From positions 62,001-126,000 of the forward strand of contig NW_027191469.1 in assembly GCF_011745625.1 (NCBI RefSeq): 64,000 nucleotides of DNA. Reading direction: 5' to 3'. How positions within the stretch are numbered: position 1 is the first letter of the stretch; every line of letters begins with the position of its first letter. Below, piece by piece: positions 11,165 through 22,499 of the stretch. The notes beneath the pieces are model-generated. The model was not told the DNA's origin and did no database searches. It was given only the letters and a program-made list of their open reading frames with translations. The stretch is from Cladosporium halotolerans. Its lineage: Eukaryota. The translations under genes were made by a program, and so were the position numbers.

Positions 11165-11720
11165 TCAACATCCAGCAGCGTTCGTACCCTCTTCAACCAG
11201 CAGACAACCAATAAACGTTCCGGCAATCACAGAGAGGAAGTATCCTACATTCATCGTCATCGCAGCCAGCATTCTGAAAATTAGAGCAATCAGCACTTGT
11301 CTTCCACACGCGACAGAACAAGCCACCAACTCACATCAAATAGCCAACGCCAACGGCCACAACATCCACTTCAGCTGCCAGTAAAGATCCCCTCAAACCC
11401 TTCGTCCTCGTTCTTCCACGCCCAAAATCCCTATTACCACTTTTGTTTTGCTTCTCTCCACCTTCCTCCGCATGACATCCCATGATCTCTTCCTCATCTT
11501 CGCCACTCTCCCCACGGTTGTTGAATAGAATCGCCAATTTTCTCTTCACTACCTGAAGACCGCGCGAGACTACGCAAAGCAGTACGATGAACAGACAAGT
11601 CAGTGCGTACTGGGTCTGCGTTCTGGGCTGCCACGAGGCGATGTACAGAGGCGTTGAGGTTGAGGCGAAGAAGGTCATTGGCATCTCTTCCGAAGACACA
11701 AGAGGGCTGAGGTGAGCCAT
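11165..11720 (-). CDS. Ctr-family copper transporter, about 164 aa; exons 11720-11335 and 11273-11165
   Basis: Motifs MPMTFFASTSTPLY..SWQP....YALTCLFIVLL and, after a 61-nt intron (GTGAGT...GCTGAT...CAG), GVGYLIMLAAMTMNVGYFLSVIAGTFIG, which contains the MxxxM and GxxxG Ctr signatures. Confidence 0.88.
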
Positions 11721-12656
11721 TGCTGTCCCTCTTTTTCCGCCGGTTTGGGGTGGCGCTGGCGAGAGAATGGAAATCGTCTCTCTGGGTAGCGATTGATTGT
11801 AGCAGAGGACTGTCAAGTCCAGGCCGGTGTCGATTGACAGCCTTCGAAGCATCCAGGTCCAGAACTTCCGGCCCATCGACAGGGAAAGAAAGATCCTCCG
11901 CTCGAAAACATCGAGATAGATCAAGCCAAAAGCAGCACAGCCAAACATCACCCCAACGACAAATTCCCGCACCTACACCAGCCCATGGCACCGCTCAAAC
12001 CCACGCACACGCATGCACGCCCAAACCATTAATAATAAAAAAATCACTCGATCAACAAAACTACTGCAGGCTTCCCAAATCCATCAACCGCCAACGGCGC
12101 TCGCTCGCATCTAGCACAGCAACCTACCTCGCAAACTTGCTCATATGTTCTTGGCAAGACCAACGCAAGGCACCTCGCCTACCTACCTACAACTTGCACA
12201 CGCAACAGCCAACCTTGATGACCATCAATGGCTCTTCTCTCGACCTCTGCTCTGTGAGATGTAGTTGATCGCCGCTCCCTCGCCGTTGAAAGAGATTAGA
12301 GAAAGTTGCTCGATACGTCCATCCGTCAACAGCCTAAAGACTCGCAATGTCTGTATCTATGCTCTGTAAATCTATGTCTATGATGAATTAATAATCGTAG
12401 TGCAAGCGATCGGTCTATCAAGGGTATCAATCGCTCAGCGACGTCAAACAGTGAAAATGAAAACGAAAATGAAAATGCGACATGAAAAGCAAACCCACCG
12501 CGCGCCAACGCTATGCCCAACCTGAACCAACATGCAAATGAAACCAAACCAAACGCTAACCCATCTCTTTTCGCGAAACCCGACTGAAATTCAAGCACCA
12601 AAAGCCCCCCCAAAAAAAAAATGACAATAGTAATAATAACAATGGAAACCCATCTC

Positions 12657-15617
12657 TTAAAAACTGAACAACCCACTCCTCTTCTTCCCAAACGGATAAA
12701 CCACAATAGCGCTCAAGAACAACCCCACCGTAATGCCAATCGCGACCTGAATCACGCTGTAACCGACATTAAACGCAATGCTGTTCAGGCCGCCGCCCGC
12801 CGCGATGGCCGCCGCGTCCAGCGTGCTGCTGCCGTTGGTCGCGTTGCCCGTGATCTGGTCCGCGGACGTGATGCCCGAGACCAGGGAGCCGGAGACGGCG
12901 AGGCCGGAGGGCACCTGCACGAAGATGGCGGGCAGCATGGCGGCGGCCGCGAGGCCGTAGCCGACGCGGCGCGTCTGGCGGACGAAGGTGGACTCGGCGT
13001 CGGAGTTGGCGTGCGAGTGGCCGTGGGATTCGAGCTTGGTGGGCGGGTCGAGGTGCTTGTCCTTGCGGGGTTTGATGTGGAGGACGGAGCGCTTGAAGGA
13101 TTTCCAGCGCGGGCGGAGCCGGTCTTCCCAGAGGTCGAGGGCGCGGTTTTCGATGCGCGAGCCGATGCGGGAGTAGAGGTTTGCGATGACGCCGATGGCG
13201 AAGGCGCCGAGGGTGTTGGAGACTTGGGAGTTGCCGGAGAAGCGCTCTGACGAGAAGAAGTTGACGATGTAGCCGACGAAGGCGATGAACATCATCATCG
13301 GGGCTTGCTTCCATTTGGCCTGGTTGATGATGATCAGGCACATGGTGAAGCCTGGGACGAAGAAGAAGAACCAGTGGCCGGAGATTTGGTTCTTGCAGGT
13401 TGTGGAGGACACGGCGTTGCGGTCGATGATTCCGTAGATAGCAGTGCCTATCGTGATACCGAAGCCAAGGAAGAGCGAATAGATGATGGCGTAGACCATA
13501 CGCACGCTACCGGCGACGATGCTGCGGCTTTGCAGTTCGAGCGAGGCGCACAGCACGATGTAACCCGGAAGGATGAGCGCGATGGAAGACTGAGCCAGGG
13601 CAGAGAAGCAGAAGAGGTCACCTCCGCGGATGCTACCGAAAGCACGAGCGAGGAAAGAAGTGATGACAGCGGCGCCGATTTCGAAGACGTTGGCGTAGAG
13701 GTCTGAGCGAGGAGCGACGACGAGTTGAAGGATGCCCACAAGGCAACCCAGAATGAAAGCGATAGGCAGGTCGATCAATCGTGCACCGAAAGCGAAGGGT
13801 CCAACGCACACAGATGCCAGGCCGTAGATTGGAATGCGAACCCAGGTGCTGTGCTTTGGCTTACGCGAAGTCACCTCCTTCAGCCTGGCCGTGGCGTCCT
13901 CAACCCCAATTCTGTCGTGAACCACCTCCTTGTACACTTCGTGAACATCTCTGAGCTTACCAAGATCCAAGCCTTGCGCAACCTTCACCAGCTTGACTTC
14001 AGTCGTATGCGTAGTCGGGTCGTCAAAAGACATGATCATAGATCCGGGAATATAAAGAAATTGAGCCTCAATCTCCAGAACGCGTGAAGACATGGACATG
14101 TACTCCTCCAGACGATGAGTAGGCGCACCGTACTGCATCAGGGCACGGCAAAGCTTCATGAGGTATTTTTGCCTGGCAATGGTTTCGGCAATGTGGACTG
14201 TGATCCTGATCTCGTCCGCAATCTTGGGCCGGCTCTTCTTGTAAAGGGCGTTAATGGCGCTTCCGCTGCGCGACTTCTTGCCAAGAGCCTTTCGCTTCTC
14301 AGCTTCTTTCTGCTGCTCCTTCAGGCGCTGCTGCACCTGCTCTCCAAGACCAGTGACACTGGGAGAGCCGAGAGCGGAGGACGATCCGATGAGCTGCGCA
14401 AGAGACGATGACGACGGGCTTCTGTGCTTGGGAGAATACCAATGGCGCGACGACCCAGACCTGCGATGATCCGGCGTAGAAGCACCCGACCTAGGCGGGG
14501 AGTTGTTCGGGGTGGGCTCGGCACTGTAGATAGCAGTGTCGCCGCTGTACGATCTCATATGAGCCTTTGGGAGGTTGCTCGACGAGCGACGATGTCCCTC
14601 ATGCTCGTGCGGGTGCTGGTAAAGCTTAAGCAGGTTTCCTAGGATTCCGCCTCGGTACTGCTCAGGACGCGGGTGGTAGTCTTCGATGAATCCGGATTCC
14701 TCGGTGGGTGTCACCGCGCCAGAGCGAGAACCCGAACCAGTCTCGGCGTGGAAAACATGCTGGTTGTGGAGCGTGTGCCTTCGCACGAGCTTCTGTGCTT
14801 CCGACGCCTCCATTCCTTCAGGGCGAGCGGACGTTGGAGGCGTAGGGAAGTACTCATCGTCATCGTCATCCATAATGGCACTCTCATTCCTGTGGCGTTT
14901 GAGCTCCCTGAGCGGGATGTTGTCCATGCGAAGCTCTGGCACACTCGATCTTCCAAACTTCTTACGTTCTGGAGACACCTCTCTGGAGTTGGGGTCGGAG
15001 TGGAAACGCTCCGATTGCTCCAAGCGCTTTCCTCGTTCAAAGGCTTCCTGGGCCTTCTTCTTCCGCCACTTGCCCTGCTCATCCCCACTCTCGATTTCCT
15101 CCTCAATGGTGGCAGTCGGTGTGCCGTTATCCGACGGTGACCTTCGAATAGCAGGCCGAGGTCGAGGGAGCGTTCCATCGAAGGCCCTGTAGATCTGGGC
15201 TGTTTGTTGCGGTGAAAGGTCGGGGATGAGAGATTTGTTGCTTTCGTCACGAGGCGTCAACAGGGCATCACCGCTGCTAGGCGGCTGCCAGAGACCACCA
15301 CCAACGGGCGTTACTTTCCCGCTGGCTTCCGGCGAGTCTTGCTTGCCGGGCGGAGGCGGCGACAGGGCTCTACCCCGATTCGGCATGTCAATGAAGCTGT
15401 TGCGTGCACTGCGTCCTCGAGGGTCTTCGCCGAAGCCGACTCGCTTCTTCTTGTTGTCCTTGGGCTTGTCGCCACTGCGGCTTTCCGGCCGGCTGCCCTC
15501 GGCGCTCGACATGTTGGTGCTGATCAGCTTTGGCGAGTTGTGCGCAGGCGAGGCTGTCACGTTCACGGCAGCATAGTCGGCGAACGGATCGGACAATTCC
15601 TCGACCGGGGTAGACAT
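12657..15617 (-). CDS. PRM10: Prm10-like / DUF1212 (ThrE threonine/serine exporter family) membrane protein
   Basis: 986-aa ORF with a long disordered N-terminus, then ITVHIAETIARQKYLMKLCRALMQYGAPTHRLEEY, multiple TM helices, LPAIFVQVPSGLA and C-terminal VVYPFGKKRSGLFSF. Confidence 0.88.
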   Translation of the reverse strand: MSTPVEELSDPFADYAAVNVTASPAHNSPKLISTNMSSAEGSRPESRSGDKPKDNKKKRVGFGEDPRGRSARNSFIDMPNRGRALSPPPPGKQDSPEASGKVTPVGGGLWQPPSSGDALLTPRDESNKSLIPDLSPQQTAQIYRAFDGTLPRPRPAIRRSPSDNGTPTATIEEEIESGDEQGKWRKKKAQEAFERGKRLEQSERFHSDPNSREVSPERKKFGRSSVPELRMDNIPLRELKRHRNESAIMDDDDDEYFPTPPTSARPEGMEASEAQKLVRRHTLHNQHVFHAETGSGSRSGAVTPTEESGFIEDYHPRPEQYRGGILGNLLKLYQHPHEHEGHRRSSSNLPKAHMRSYSGDTAIYSAEPTPNNSPPRSGASTPDHRRSGSSRHWYSPKHRSPSSSSLAQLIGSSSALGSPSVTGLGEQVQQRLKEQQKEAEKRKALGKKSRSGSAINALYKKSRPKIADEIRITVHIAETIARQKYLMKLCRALMQYGAPTHRLEEYMSMSSRVLEIEAQFLYIPGSMIMSFDDPTTHTTEVKLVKVAQGLDLGKLRDVHEVYKEVVHDRIGVEDATARLKEVTSRKPKHSTWVRIPIYGLASVCVGPFAFGARLIDLPIAFILGCLVGILQLVVAPRSDLYANVFEIGAAVITSFLARAFGSIRGGDLFCFSALAQSSIALILPGYIVLCASLELQSRSIVAGSVRMVYAIIYSLFLGFGITIGTAIYGIIDRNAVSSTTCKNQISGHWFFFFVPGFTMCLIIINQAKWKQAPMMMFIAFVGYIVNFFSSERFSGNSQVSNTLGAFAIGVIANLYSRIGSRIENRALDLWEDRLRPRWKSFKRSVLHIKPRKDKHLDPPTKLESHGHSHANSDAESTFVRQTRRVGYGLAAAAMLPAIFVQVPSGLAVSGSLVSGITSADQITGNATNGSSTLDAAAIAAGGGLNSIAFNVGYSVIQVAIGITVGLFLSAIVVYPFGKKRSGLFSF

Positions 15618-17767
15618 GTTGGTAACGACAGGCCCGGGTCGACGGACCTGGGGTTAGGGGGAACAAAGAAATCCAGTAGTCGTCCAGATGAAATTATCGA
15701 TGCTTTCAGTCGACTCAGAGATTATACGTCCAGTTTGGCCGGGTCGAACAAAGAAACTCGTGGCGAGCGTGCGGGCTAGGAAAATCAGACGAACGATGGC
15801 AAGCGTGAGGAATCAGTTATTGGGCTGTAATCAGAATGAAAACGAAATTGCAGGTCGTCAATGCGTCGAGTCTGAAAGTGTCGCTCAAAATTGGTTCGCC
15901 GCAGAAGAGAAGTGTCAAGTGGTATATCCAGAAGAGATGCAAGGGCGGCGACGACAGATGCAGGCGGGTGAAGGAGGACGTCGGAGCAACGCGTCGGAGT
16001 CGAGCGTCAGAGACAAGCCACACTTTCTCACAAGATGATTAGGGATCAGCGGGTTGGAGGAGGAGACAGCGATCGGAGCGGTTGGGCAGAGCGCTGACTG
16101 TGCTCAGCGAGACGTGGTGCGCGCCCTGCTGCGTAATAAGGGGAGACACAGGCGCGCGGTGCCCAGGGCGATAAGAGGGTGGAAAAATAGCAAAAGCATG
16201 GCAGTGGAGAGTCAGGGCCTGCGTGGCGACATATCAAGCTTTGAGCCACAGTGCATGGCGTGCCAGACATACCCACATCGCCCTGGCCGGCAGGGTGCGG
16301 TCTGGGAGGGCGGACAGCGCACGCGGCTCGCTCGTCGGCGCTCCAAGGGCCTCGCGCGCGATGATAGCGAGCAGAAAATTGGCGGCGTGGGCGGTTTGGC
16401 AGCGGAGATGGAGCGGGCGGAGCGCTTGGGGGGAGGGAGCAGGTTCAGACTAGGTTAGCAGGGCCGCCAGCGCCCTCGACCCACCGCGCTTGCGTGTGAG
16501 CCGCGGTGGCTTGGACGAATAACGGGTTGCCGTCGCGGACGCGAGGTGTCTGTCTCGACCTTTCGATGCTCGAGGCACCTCTCGGCAGGCGGGGACGGCC
16601 GTCGTCTCGCAGCGAGTCGTGGGCGTCGGGACGGGCCCCATTGGGTCCATCCTGGCATCTTGGGGCGCAGATGGAGCTGGCGAGCGCATGCGCCGGTGGT
16701 GTGGGCCTGCGATGGAGGAGTCCCTTCTCGCAGGATGCTGGCGGCTCGCGTATACGCATGCACAGTGGATGCACGAGCTCAGGGCAGGCGATCTGCGGCA
16801 GCTCGACAGGCGCCATCCCGTTCCGGCAGCCGCATCGACACGAATGTCGGTATCGCATGGTATGGATGTACCTTAGGATGTACGGTACGTGGCGCGAGTC
16901 GTCACGCAAGCCGCATTGTGCGGTACGGCCGTTGAGGGAGATGGCGACATGCAGAGACAGGTTGCGGGCGCAGCCGTGCAGTCACGGTGCCAGTCGTGCT
17001 GAACGCTGGGCTTCCCAACGAGCCACAGCAGCCGTCAGCATGGAAAAGTTGTGCAGCCAGCCAGTCATCCAGCCAGCCATCCAGCCAGCCATCAATCCGC
17101 CTCGCAGACGGAAGCGGAAAGCCGAAACTCGGCTCCCGGCAGCTTCCACCACGGCAGGGCGAATTTTGACTTTGGACAGAAAATAGCAACACCAGAGACC
17201 CTGACCCTGAGGCGTTTCCCATAATCAACACAACGTACGTTCCCACTGTAATCAACACAACATACGTACGCACAACGACACACCATCACGACGTCCGCCG
17301 CACCGACATTATTTCCACAATCCGAGACAGCAACACGCACCCTATGACGTCGCAGCGCAAGCCCGCCCCTGCAACACTGACGACTCTCGCTCCGCGCACG
17401 ACCGCCCACACAGCCGCATGCACCCCCTGTCCATCCCATGCGTGAACCGTCTCGACATGTGAACGATTTGGAAACGCCGCCTCCTCGTCATCCCGTCCTG
17501 CGAATCCATCAGGCACGGGCCGATAAGGCATTGTTTGATTGATGAAACAGCACCGGTGCCGATCGAGGGATCCTCCTCGCTGCAGCCGGTGGCTTGCATA
17601 AGGTAATCTAGGTACCTACCGCTAAGGCATGCACGCTGCTTATCAGACGCGAGGTTGCTGAGGCACAAGTACTGCTATCAAGGTACTGTATCGATAAAAC
17701 GTGCCGCGAAATCCAAAAATCACTCCGAAGCGTCTAGAACTCCCTCCAGGCAGCCCAACTGACCCAC

Positions 17768-17804
17768 CAAACCAAACCAAACCAAACCAAACCAAACCAA
17801 ACCA
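17768..17804. repeat. Pentanucleotide microsatellite (ACCAA)n, about 7 copies
   Basis: Directly visible: ccaaaccaaaccaaaccaaaccaaaccaaaccaaacc. Confidence 0.9.
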
Positions 17805-18410
17805 TCTCGCACGGCTCAGCGTAAGCGAAGCACGCACGCACGCCCGCACCGGCACAGCCGCTCCCACCTGCGACCGCGTTCGAGTCTGCGACTTCCTTCC
17901 CAAGCGAACGGTTCCAAGTGCAACGGGCGCGTCGACGCCGCGGCGTTCATAGCGCGAGATCCTAGCGCCAGCGTCTAGTGGCTTGGAGCCGCACGCTCGC
18001 GAGCACGTGTGTGCTTAGGTCATGATGGATGTGAAGGTGCTATGTAGCGCAGTGGAGTGAGGTTTGGTTTGAAGTCGGTGTGTGCGCTGTGCTATGGGGC
18101 ACGAATAGTGTATGCATGTAGTGTATATGTCGAGGCCTTCGCTTGTTGCGGAGGGATGGCCTCGCCCCGCCGGCAGACGGGCAGGTGCTCCACTCTGTCT
18201 GTCACCGCTCTGTGCGAATGTCATTCGCGACAATCGTATAGCTCCAGGTCCATAGATCGGCCCTTGGTCTCAACGGCACCATCGGCAAGCCGACTTCTTC
18301 GCTTGCAAATATCGCCTCACGAGGCTCGCTGTCCACGCCGTGTCTATCGTCGGCATACCGCCTTGCCATCCTTGAATGGCCTAGTAATTCCACCCAAACC
18401 ACCACCACCA

Positions 18411-20174
18411 TCACCGATAAACCAGCTTCCCACCCACCCCACCCCCACCCCCAACACCATTCACAAACCCGCTACCCTCGCTCCCATTTCCCCCATACCC
18501 ACTATCCCGCGCACTAATCGCCTCCTCGTCCTCCTCAAAATCAATATCGAACCCCTCGACCTGCTCCTCCTCCCTCTCCTCGCCCCTCTCCCACCCCTTC
18601 TGCTCCGCCGCCCGCGTGTTCCACCGCAGCGTGCGGCTGATACTATCGAACCACTCGAGCGGCTGGCCCATGACGGTCGGGAAAGGGTACTGCGAGGCGC
18701 GCACGACGACCTCGTCGCCCCTGCCGAGCTCCACGCGCCCCTTGCCGTCGAAGCTGACGAACGCGCCGCCGCGCCCCGTCACGGGCAGGGCCACTTTCAG
18801 CGCCATGTCGTCGTTCAGCAGCATGGGGCGGAAGCTCAGCGTGTGCGGGCAGATGGGCGTGAGCAGGATGGCGGGGATGTCCGGGTGGACGAGGCTGCCG
18901 CCGGCGGAGAGCGAGTAGGCGGTGCTGCCGGTCGGGGTGCTGAGGATGATGCCGTCGGCGCTGATGCGCGTGAGGAGGGAGTCGTTGGCGTGCAGGTCGA
19001 GGCTGGAGATGTAGCTGCTGGGGCCGCGGTCGATGACGAGCTCGTTGAGCACTTCGTGGGTTTCGCCTTCGATCTTGTCGGTTTGCGCGGGCGGTTGTGC
19101 GGGCAGGCTGGTGGGGGTTGTGGAGAGGGAGGTTGTGGATGTCGAAGTCGAGGGGGTGGTGGAGGGTGCTGTGGAGCTTGTCGAGGCGGCGGAGCGGTAG
19201 ACGGTGCAGGTGAAGCGCATGCGCATGTTGACGCGCATGCCAGCCTCGCCCATGATGCGGTTGAGTTGCTCTTTGTAGTTGTCGAATTGGAAATTCGTCA
19301 GAAACCCCAGCGAGCCCAGCGAGAAAGATAGCACGGGTGGGACGACGCGCTGGAAAAGCCAGGAAGTGAATAGTACCGTACCGTCGCCTCCGAGCGTAAT
19401 GACCAAGTCGAAAATCTCCGGCCGCTCCAAACACAAGGGTGGTGACCAAAATCGCAGCATGTCCTTGAATCTCTCGTCCTCGTCCACAATGCTCTCCATA
19501 TCAAATCTCTTGCTCTTCCTCAGCTTCGAGTCAACGTACACATTGACGCCGACATCCTTCCCATACCGCGGCGTCCTCAGCAACCAAATCGCCAACTCCC
19601 GCGTCAAGCTGACCAAATTATTGTCCCTCGCCTTCGTGATAATCATAACATTCCGCACCGCCCGCCTCAGCGGCTTCTTCTGCAACTGCCTCGACACCTC
19701 CCTCACGCCCGCCGCCGTCTGCATAAGCCTGCTATGCGACAGCTGATCATCACCCTGGATCTCCTCCAGCACCTTCGCGATGTCCACCGCGTCCCCGAAC
19801 CTCTTGTGGAAATAGCACGGCGTCGTCAGCGCCGCGAGCCGCGCGATCGACGGCGTCGAAGCGCACGCGTCGAACCGCGCCGCCGCAGCGTTGGCCGCCG
19901 CCGTGCGCGATCCTCCCTGCTCCCGCGGCGTGCACGACCCGGAGCCCTTGGTGCCGGCTTCCCACTCGGCGGCGTCGTGCAGCGGCGTGCTGGCCTGCAG
20001 CGAGCTGGGCATGGGCATCAGCTCGGCGCCGGTGGAGAAGCGGCGCGGCGTGGAGTCGAAGAGGCCCGTCTCGCGATCGAAGGAGGAGCGGCGCATGGGG
20101 GCGCGCGAGAGGGCGTCGCCGAGGATCGAGCGGCCGCCGCGCGAGGGCGTCGAAGTGCCGCTGCGGCCGTCCAT
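18411..20174 (-). CDS. ATP-dependent NAD(H) kinase (Utr1/Yef1-like)
   Basis: 587-aa ORF with TTPCYFHKRF, LSHSRL..TA.GVREVSRQL, LVITLGGDGTVL, SFSLGSLGFLTNF, EVLNELVIDRGPS, ADGIILSTPTGSTAYSLSAGGSLVHP and TPICPHTLSFRP. Confidence 0.95.
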   Translation of the reverse strand: MDGRSGTSTPSRGGRSILGDALSRAPMRRSSFDRETGLFDSTPRRFSTGAELMPMPSSLQASTPLHDAAEWEAGTKGSGSCTPREQGGSRTAAANAAAARFDACASTPSIARLAALTTPCYFHKRFGDAVDIAKVLEEIQGDDQLSHSRLMQTAAGVREVSRQLQKKPLRRAVRNVMIITKARDNNLVSLTRELAIWLLRTPRYGKDVGVNVYVDSKLRKSKRFDMESIVDEDERFKDMLRFWSPPLCLERPEIFDLVITLGGDGTVLFTSWLFQRVVPPVLSFSLGSLGFLTNFQFDNYKEQLNRIMGEAGMRVNMRMRFTCTVYRSAASTSSTAPSTTPSTSTSTTSLSTTPTSLPAQPPAQTDKIEGETHEVLNELVIDRGPSSYISSLDLHANDSLLTRISADGIILSTPTGSTAYSLSAGGSLVHPDIPAILLTPICPHTLSFRPMLLNDDMALKVALPVTGRGGAFVSFDGKGRVELGRGDEVVVRASQYPFPTVMGQPLEWFDSISRTLRWNTRAAEQKGWERGEEREEEQVEGFDIDFEEDEEAISARDSGYGGNGSEGSGFVNGVGGGGGVGGKLVYR

Positions 20175-21029
20175 GGCGGGATGGGGGTGTTGCTGCGATG
20201 TGGTGGGGAGGGGGAGGGGGAGGGCGGTGGATGCGGGAAGATAGGTGTTTGATTATGCGATCGAGCAGGCCGGCGTTGGTAAGCGGAGTTTGCGAGATGA
20301 GGTCCGGCGGTGTGGTTGGATCGTGATCGCTGGCTACGGCCGGAGATAGCGGGATATGGCGTAGGTACTGCTGCTGCTGTAGCTGCTAGGGGGCGACATT
20401 GTCGGAGAGGACGGGCAGAGGTTCCATGGACGGCGGATCGTTCGGTGCATGCGCGCTCGCACGCTCCGTCACCGGCTGTTGACGAGGAAGTGGAACGGCG
20501 TTTGGGCGTGGGTGCGGAGCCCACTTCTTCTCCACGGCTTGGGCCAAGCCGGCGGCATTTCAGCCATTTGGGGAGGCGGAACAATTCTTTGTTCGTCTTG
20601 CTGAATTGTTCCTCGCGCCTCGGATAAAAGCAGGGGGTTGGCTTGGGCGTATCAATGCCTGCTCGCCACGCTTCGCTTTGCTGCACCGCTGCGTCGGATG
20701 TCTGCAGATCGCTGGCGACGCCGCACGGCTGCATGAAGATGGCCGGCGTGGACGTGCATGCTTCGGTGGCTCAATCGCCGAATCCTTTCAGGCAAGGTGC
20801 ATGATATGCAAATATACGTTGAATATCGATGCTTTGCAGGGAAGTCACGGTGTCTAAGTACACACCTAGCGAAAAATAATGGTTGAAGTCGTAATGCATC
20901 AATTCGTGGGCCGGATCAAGTGACCGACCTTACTCTGACTACCTAAGCGGTAATGCAATCTCCCTGGTATTGGTATTCCCGTCAAGTCCTCCCATTACAA
21001 CAGTAACATCGTCCCTGCACCAGCCTCAC

Positions 21030-21664
21030 TTAGGCCTGCTTCTGCACCTCGCTCTCAACGCCCCTCTGCAGGGTCTTGCCCTGATCGTGCTGCAGCTCCC
21101 TCTTCTTCTTCTCGGCCTCATCGCCCGTCAGACCCGCAACAGCGCCGCCAACGGTACCGCCAACACGGTCGCTAATGCCCTTGCCCAGATCGCTCAGCTG
21201 GCCCTGAGCCTGCTGGCCCTTGCCCTCAGCATTCTGCTGCTCGCCCTCCTTGCGCAGACCCTCGAAGCCCAGCGCGCCGCCGATGGCCTCCTTGCCGGCG
21301 CCGACGGTCTGGTTCCACGAGCCGGCGTTGCGGTTGGGGTCGTTGGCCGCGACGCCCTGCGCGCTGACAGAGAAGCCACCGATGTTGGCACCAGCGTGAG
21401 AGACGTCGTCGCGCGCGGAGGCTTCGGCCTTCTTCTGCTCGGCTTGGTTCTGTGGGATGGGTTTTAGGTTGGTTGGGTTAGGTAGGGTTAGGGAGAGAGT
21501 GAGCGTACCTTGTCGGCCTGGCTGCCGGTCACGGAACCGAGGGCAGACTGAACCGCTCCGGTGGCCTAGCGGTCGGTCAGTATTGCAGTTTCTTGAAGGG
21601 GCCAGTGAGGATCGCTTACCGAATCGACGTAGCTCTGAAGAGTGGAGGTCTGCTTGTCGGACAT
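21030..21664 (-). CDS. Small hydrophilic CsbD-like / LEA-like stress protein; exons 21664-21620, 21565-21509, 21449-21030
   Basis: The spliced product reads MSDKQTSTLQSYVDSATGAVQSALGSVTGSQADKNQAEQKKAEA...GSWNQTVGAGKEAIGGALGFEGLRKEGEQQNAEGKGQQAQGQLSDLGKGISDRVGGTVGGAV...HDQGKTLQRGVESEVQKQA*. It has two canonical introns and biased codon use. The ORF track misses it. Confidence 0.85.
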
Positions 21665-21874
21665 CTTGTTTCTTTGAAGGGGTGCTCGGTTTGGTTTGGT
21701 TGGTGGAGAGTCTCGAGTTGTGTGTTCACAAATGTGTGTGTGTCTTCTGTCAAATTTAAGGGAATCTTTGGTGCATGTGAAGAAAGCAAGGCAACATTTA
21801 AATACCAGACCGAAGATCTGTTTACGATCGATCCCTGGCGTGCCTGGAAGCACCAGACCCCACCAACGTCCCAG

Positions 21875-21886
21875 CCCCTGACGTCA
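21875..21886. promoter_or_regulatory. Overlapping STRE (CCCCT) and palindromic CRE (TGACGTCA) about 210 bp upstream of the CsbD-like gene
   Basis: Sequence CCCCTGACGTCA, with a second near-CRE TGACGTCT at 21951-21958. Function is inferred only. Confidence 0.45.
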
Positions 21887-22477
21887 GATTACCGGAAGCG
21901 GAAAGAGCGAAGCGCGAAGCGTGAAGCGAAACCAGTCTCGCCCAGTCAAGTGACGTCTCCCTGGTGGCTGCGCGTCGTCTAGACCTGCGCACCAACCAGC
22001 AGACTATGAGTCGACAACGTGCTTGCCGACGCCATATCATGATTGGAAGGGGATTGAAGGACTGAGAAATGCATATGTGGTTGCGAGTCGACGCGCGCGC
22101 GTGACATTGATGAGACGATCCCCGAAAAAGCAGATCACAGTTTCCGCTCCTCAGGCATTCCTCCTCTGCCATGTCCATGTAATGGTTTTAAAGCTAGTCA
22201 TGCTGGTATGAAACATATGCAGGGCATTCTGGCACGAGTCTCCTGTAAGCGCAGGGCACCATACCTGTAGCCAAAGTTCTCAACGGCGATCCTCAGATCT
22301 GTGAGCAACAGCCACAGCGCACTGTAGACGAGGAAGAAATCACGTGTTGCGGCCTCCATATTGCAAGCAATGTGTCAATCTCCGAGAAAGACCATGCAGG
22401 ACAGCCCAAGACAAGAGGTGATTTCAAGCAAAGCTCATGTTGAAGTCCCTACCCTAGGCCGAAGCATGAATCCGATC

Positions 22478-22499
22478 TTAGGGTTAGGGTTAGGTTAAG
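22478..22499 (+). repeat. Short interstitial telomere-like repeat TTAGGG-TTAGGG-TTAGG-TTAAG
   Basis: Directly visible in an ORF-poor intergenic stretch. Confidence 0.8.

Noticed and set aside
11060..11167. Ctr stop TGA-CGG followed by about 33 open codons
   Set aside because: The context is leaky-type, but the extension is short enough to arise by chance and has no targeting signal.
18057..19331. 424-aa plus-strand ORF
   Set aside because: Antisense to the NAD kinase; non-ATG start and low-complexity translation.
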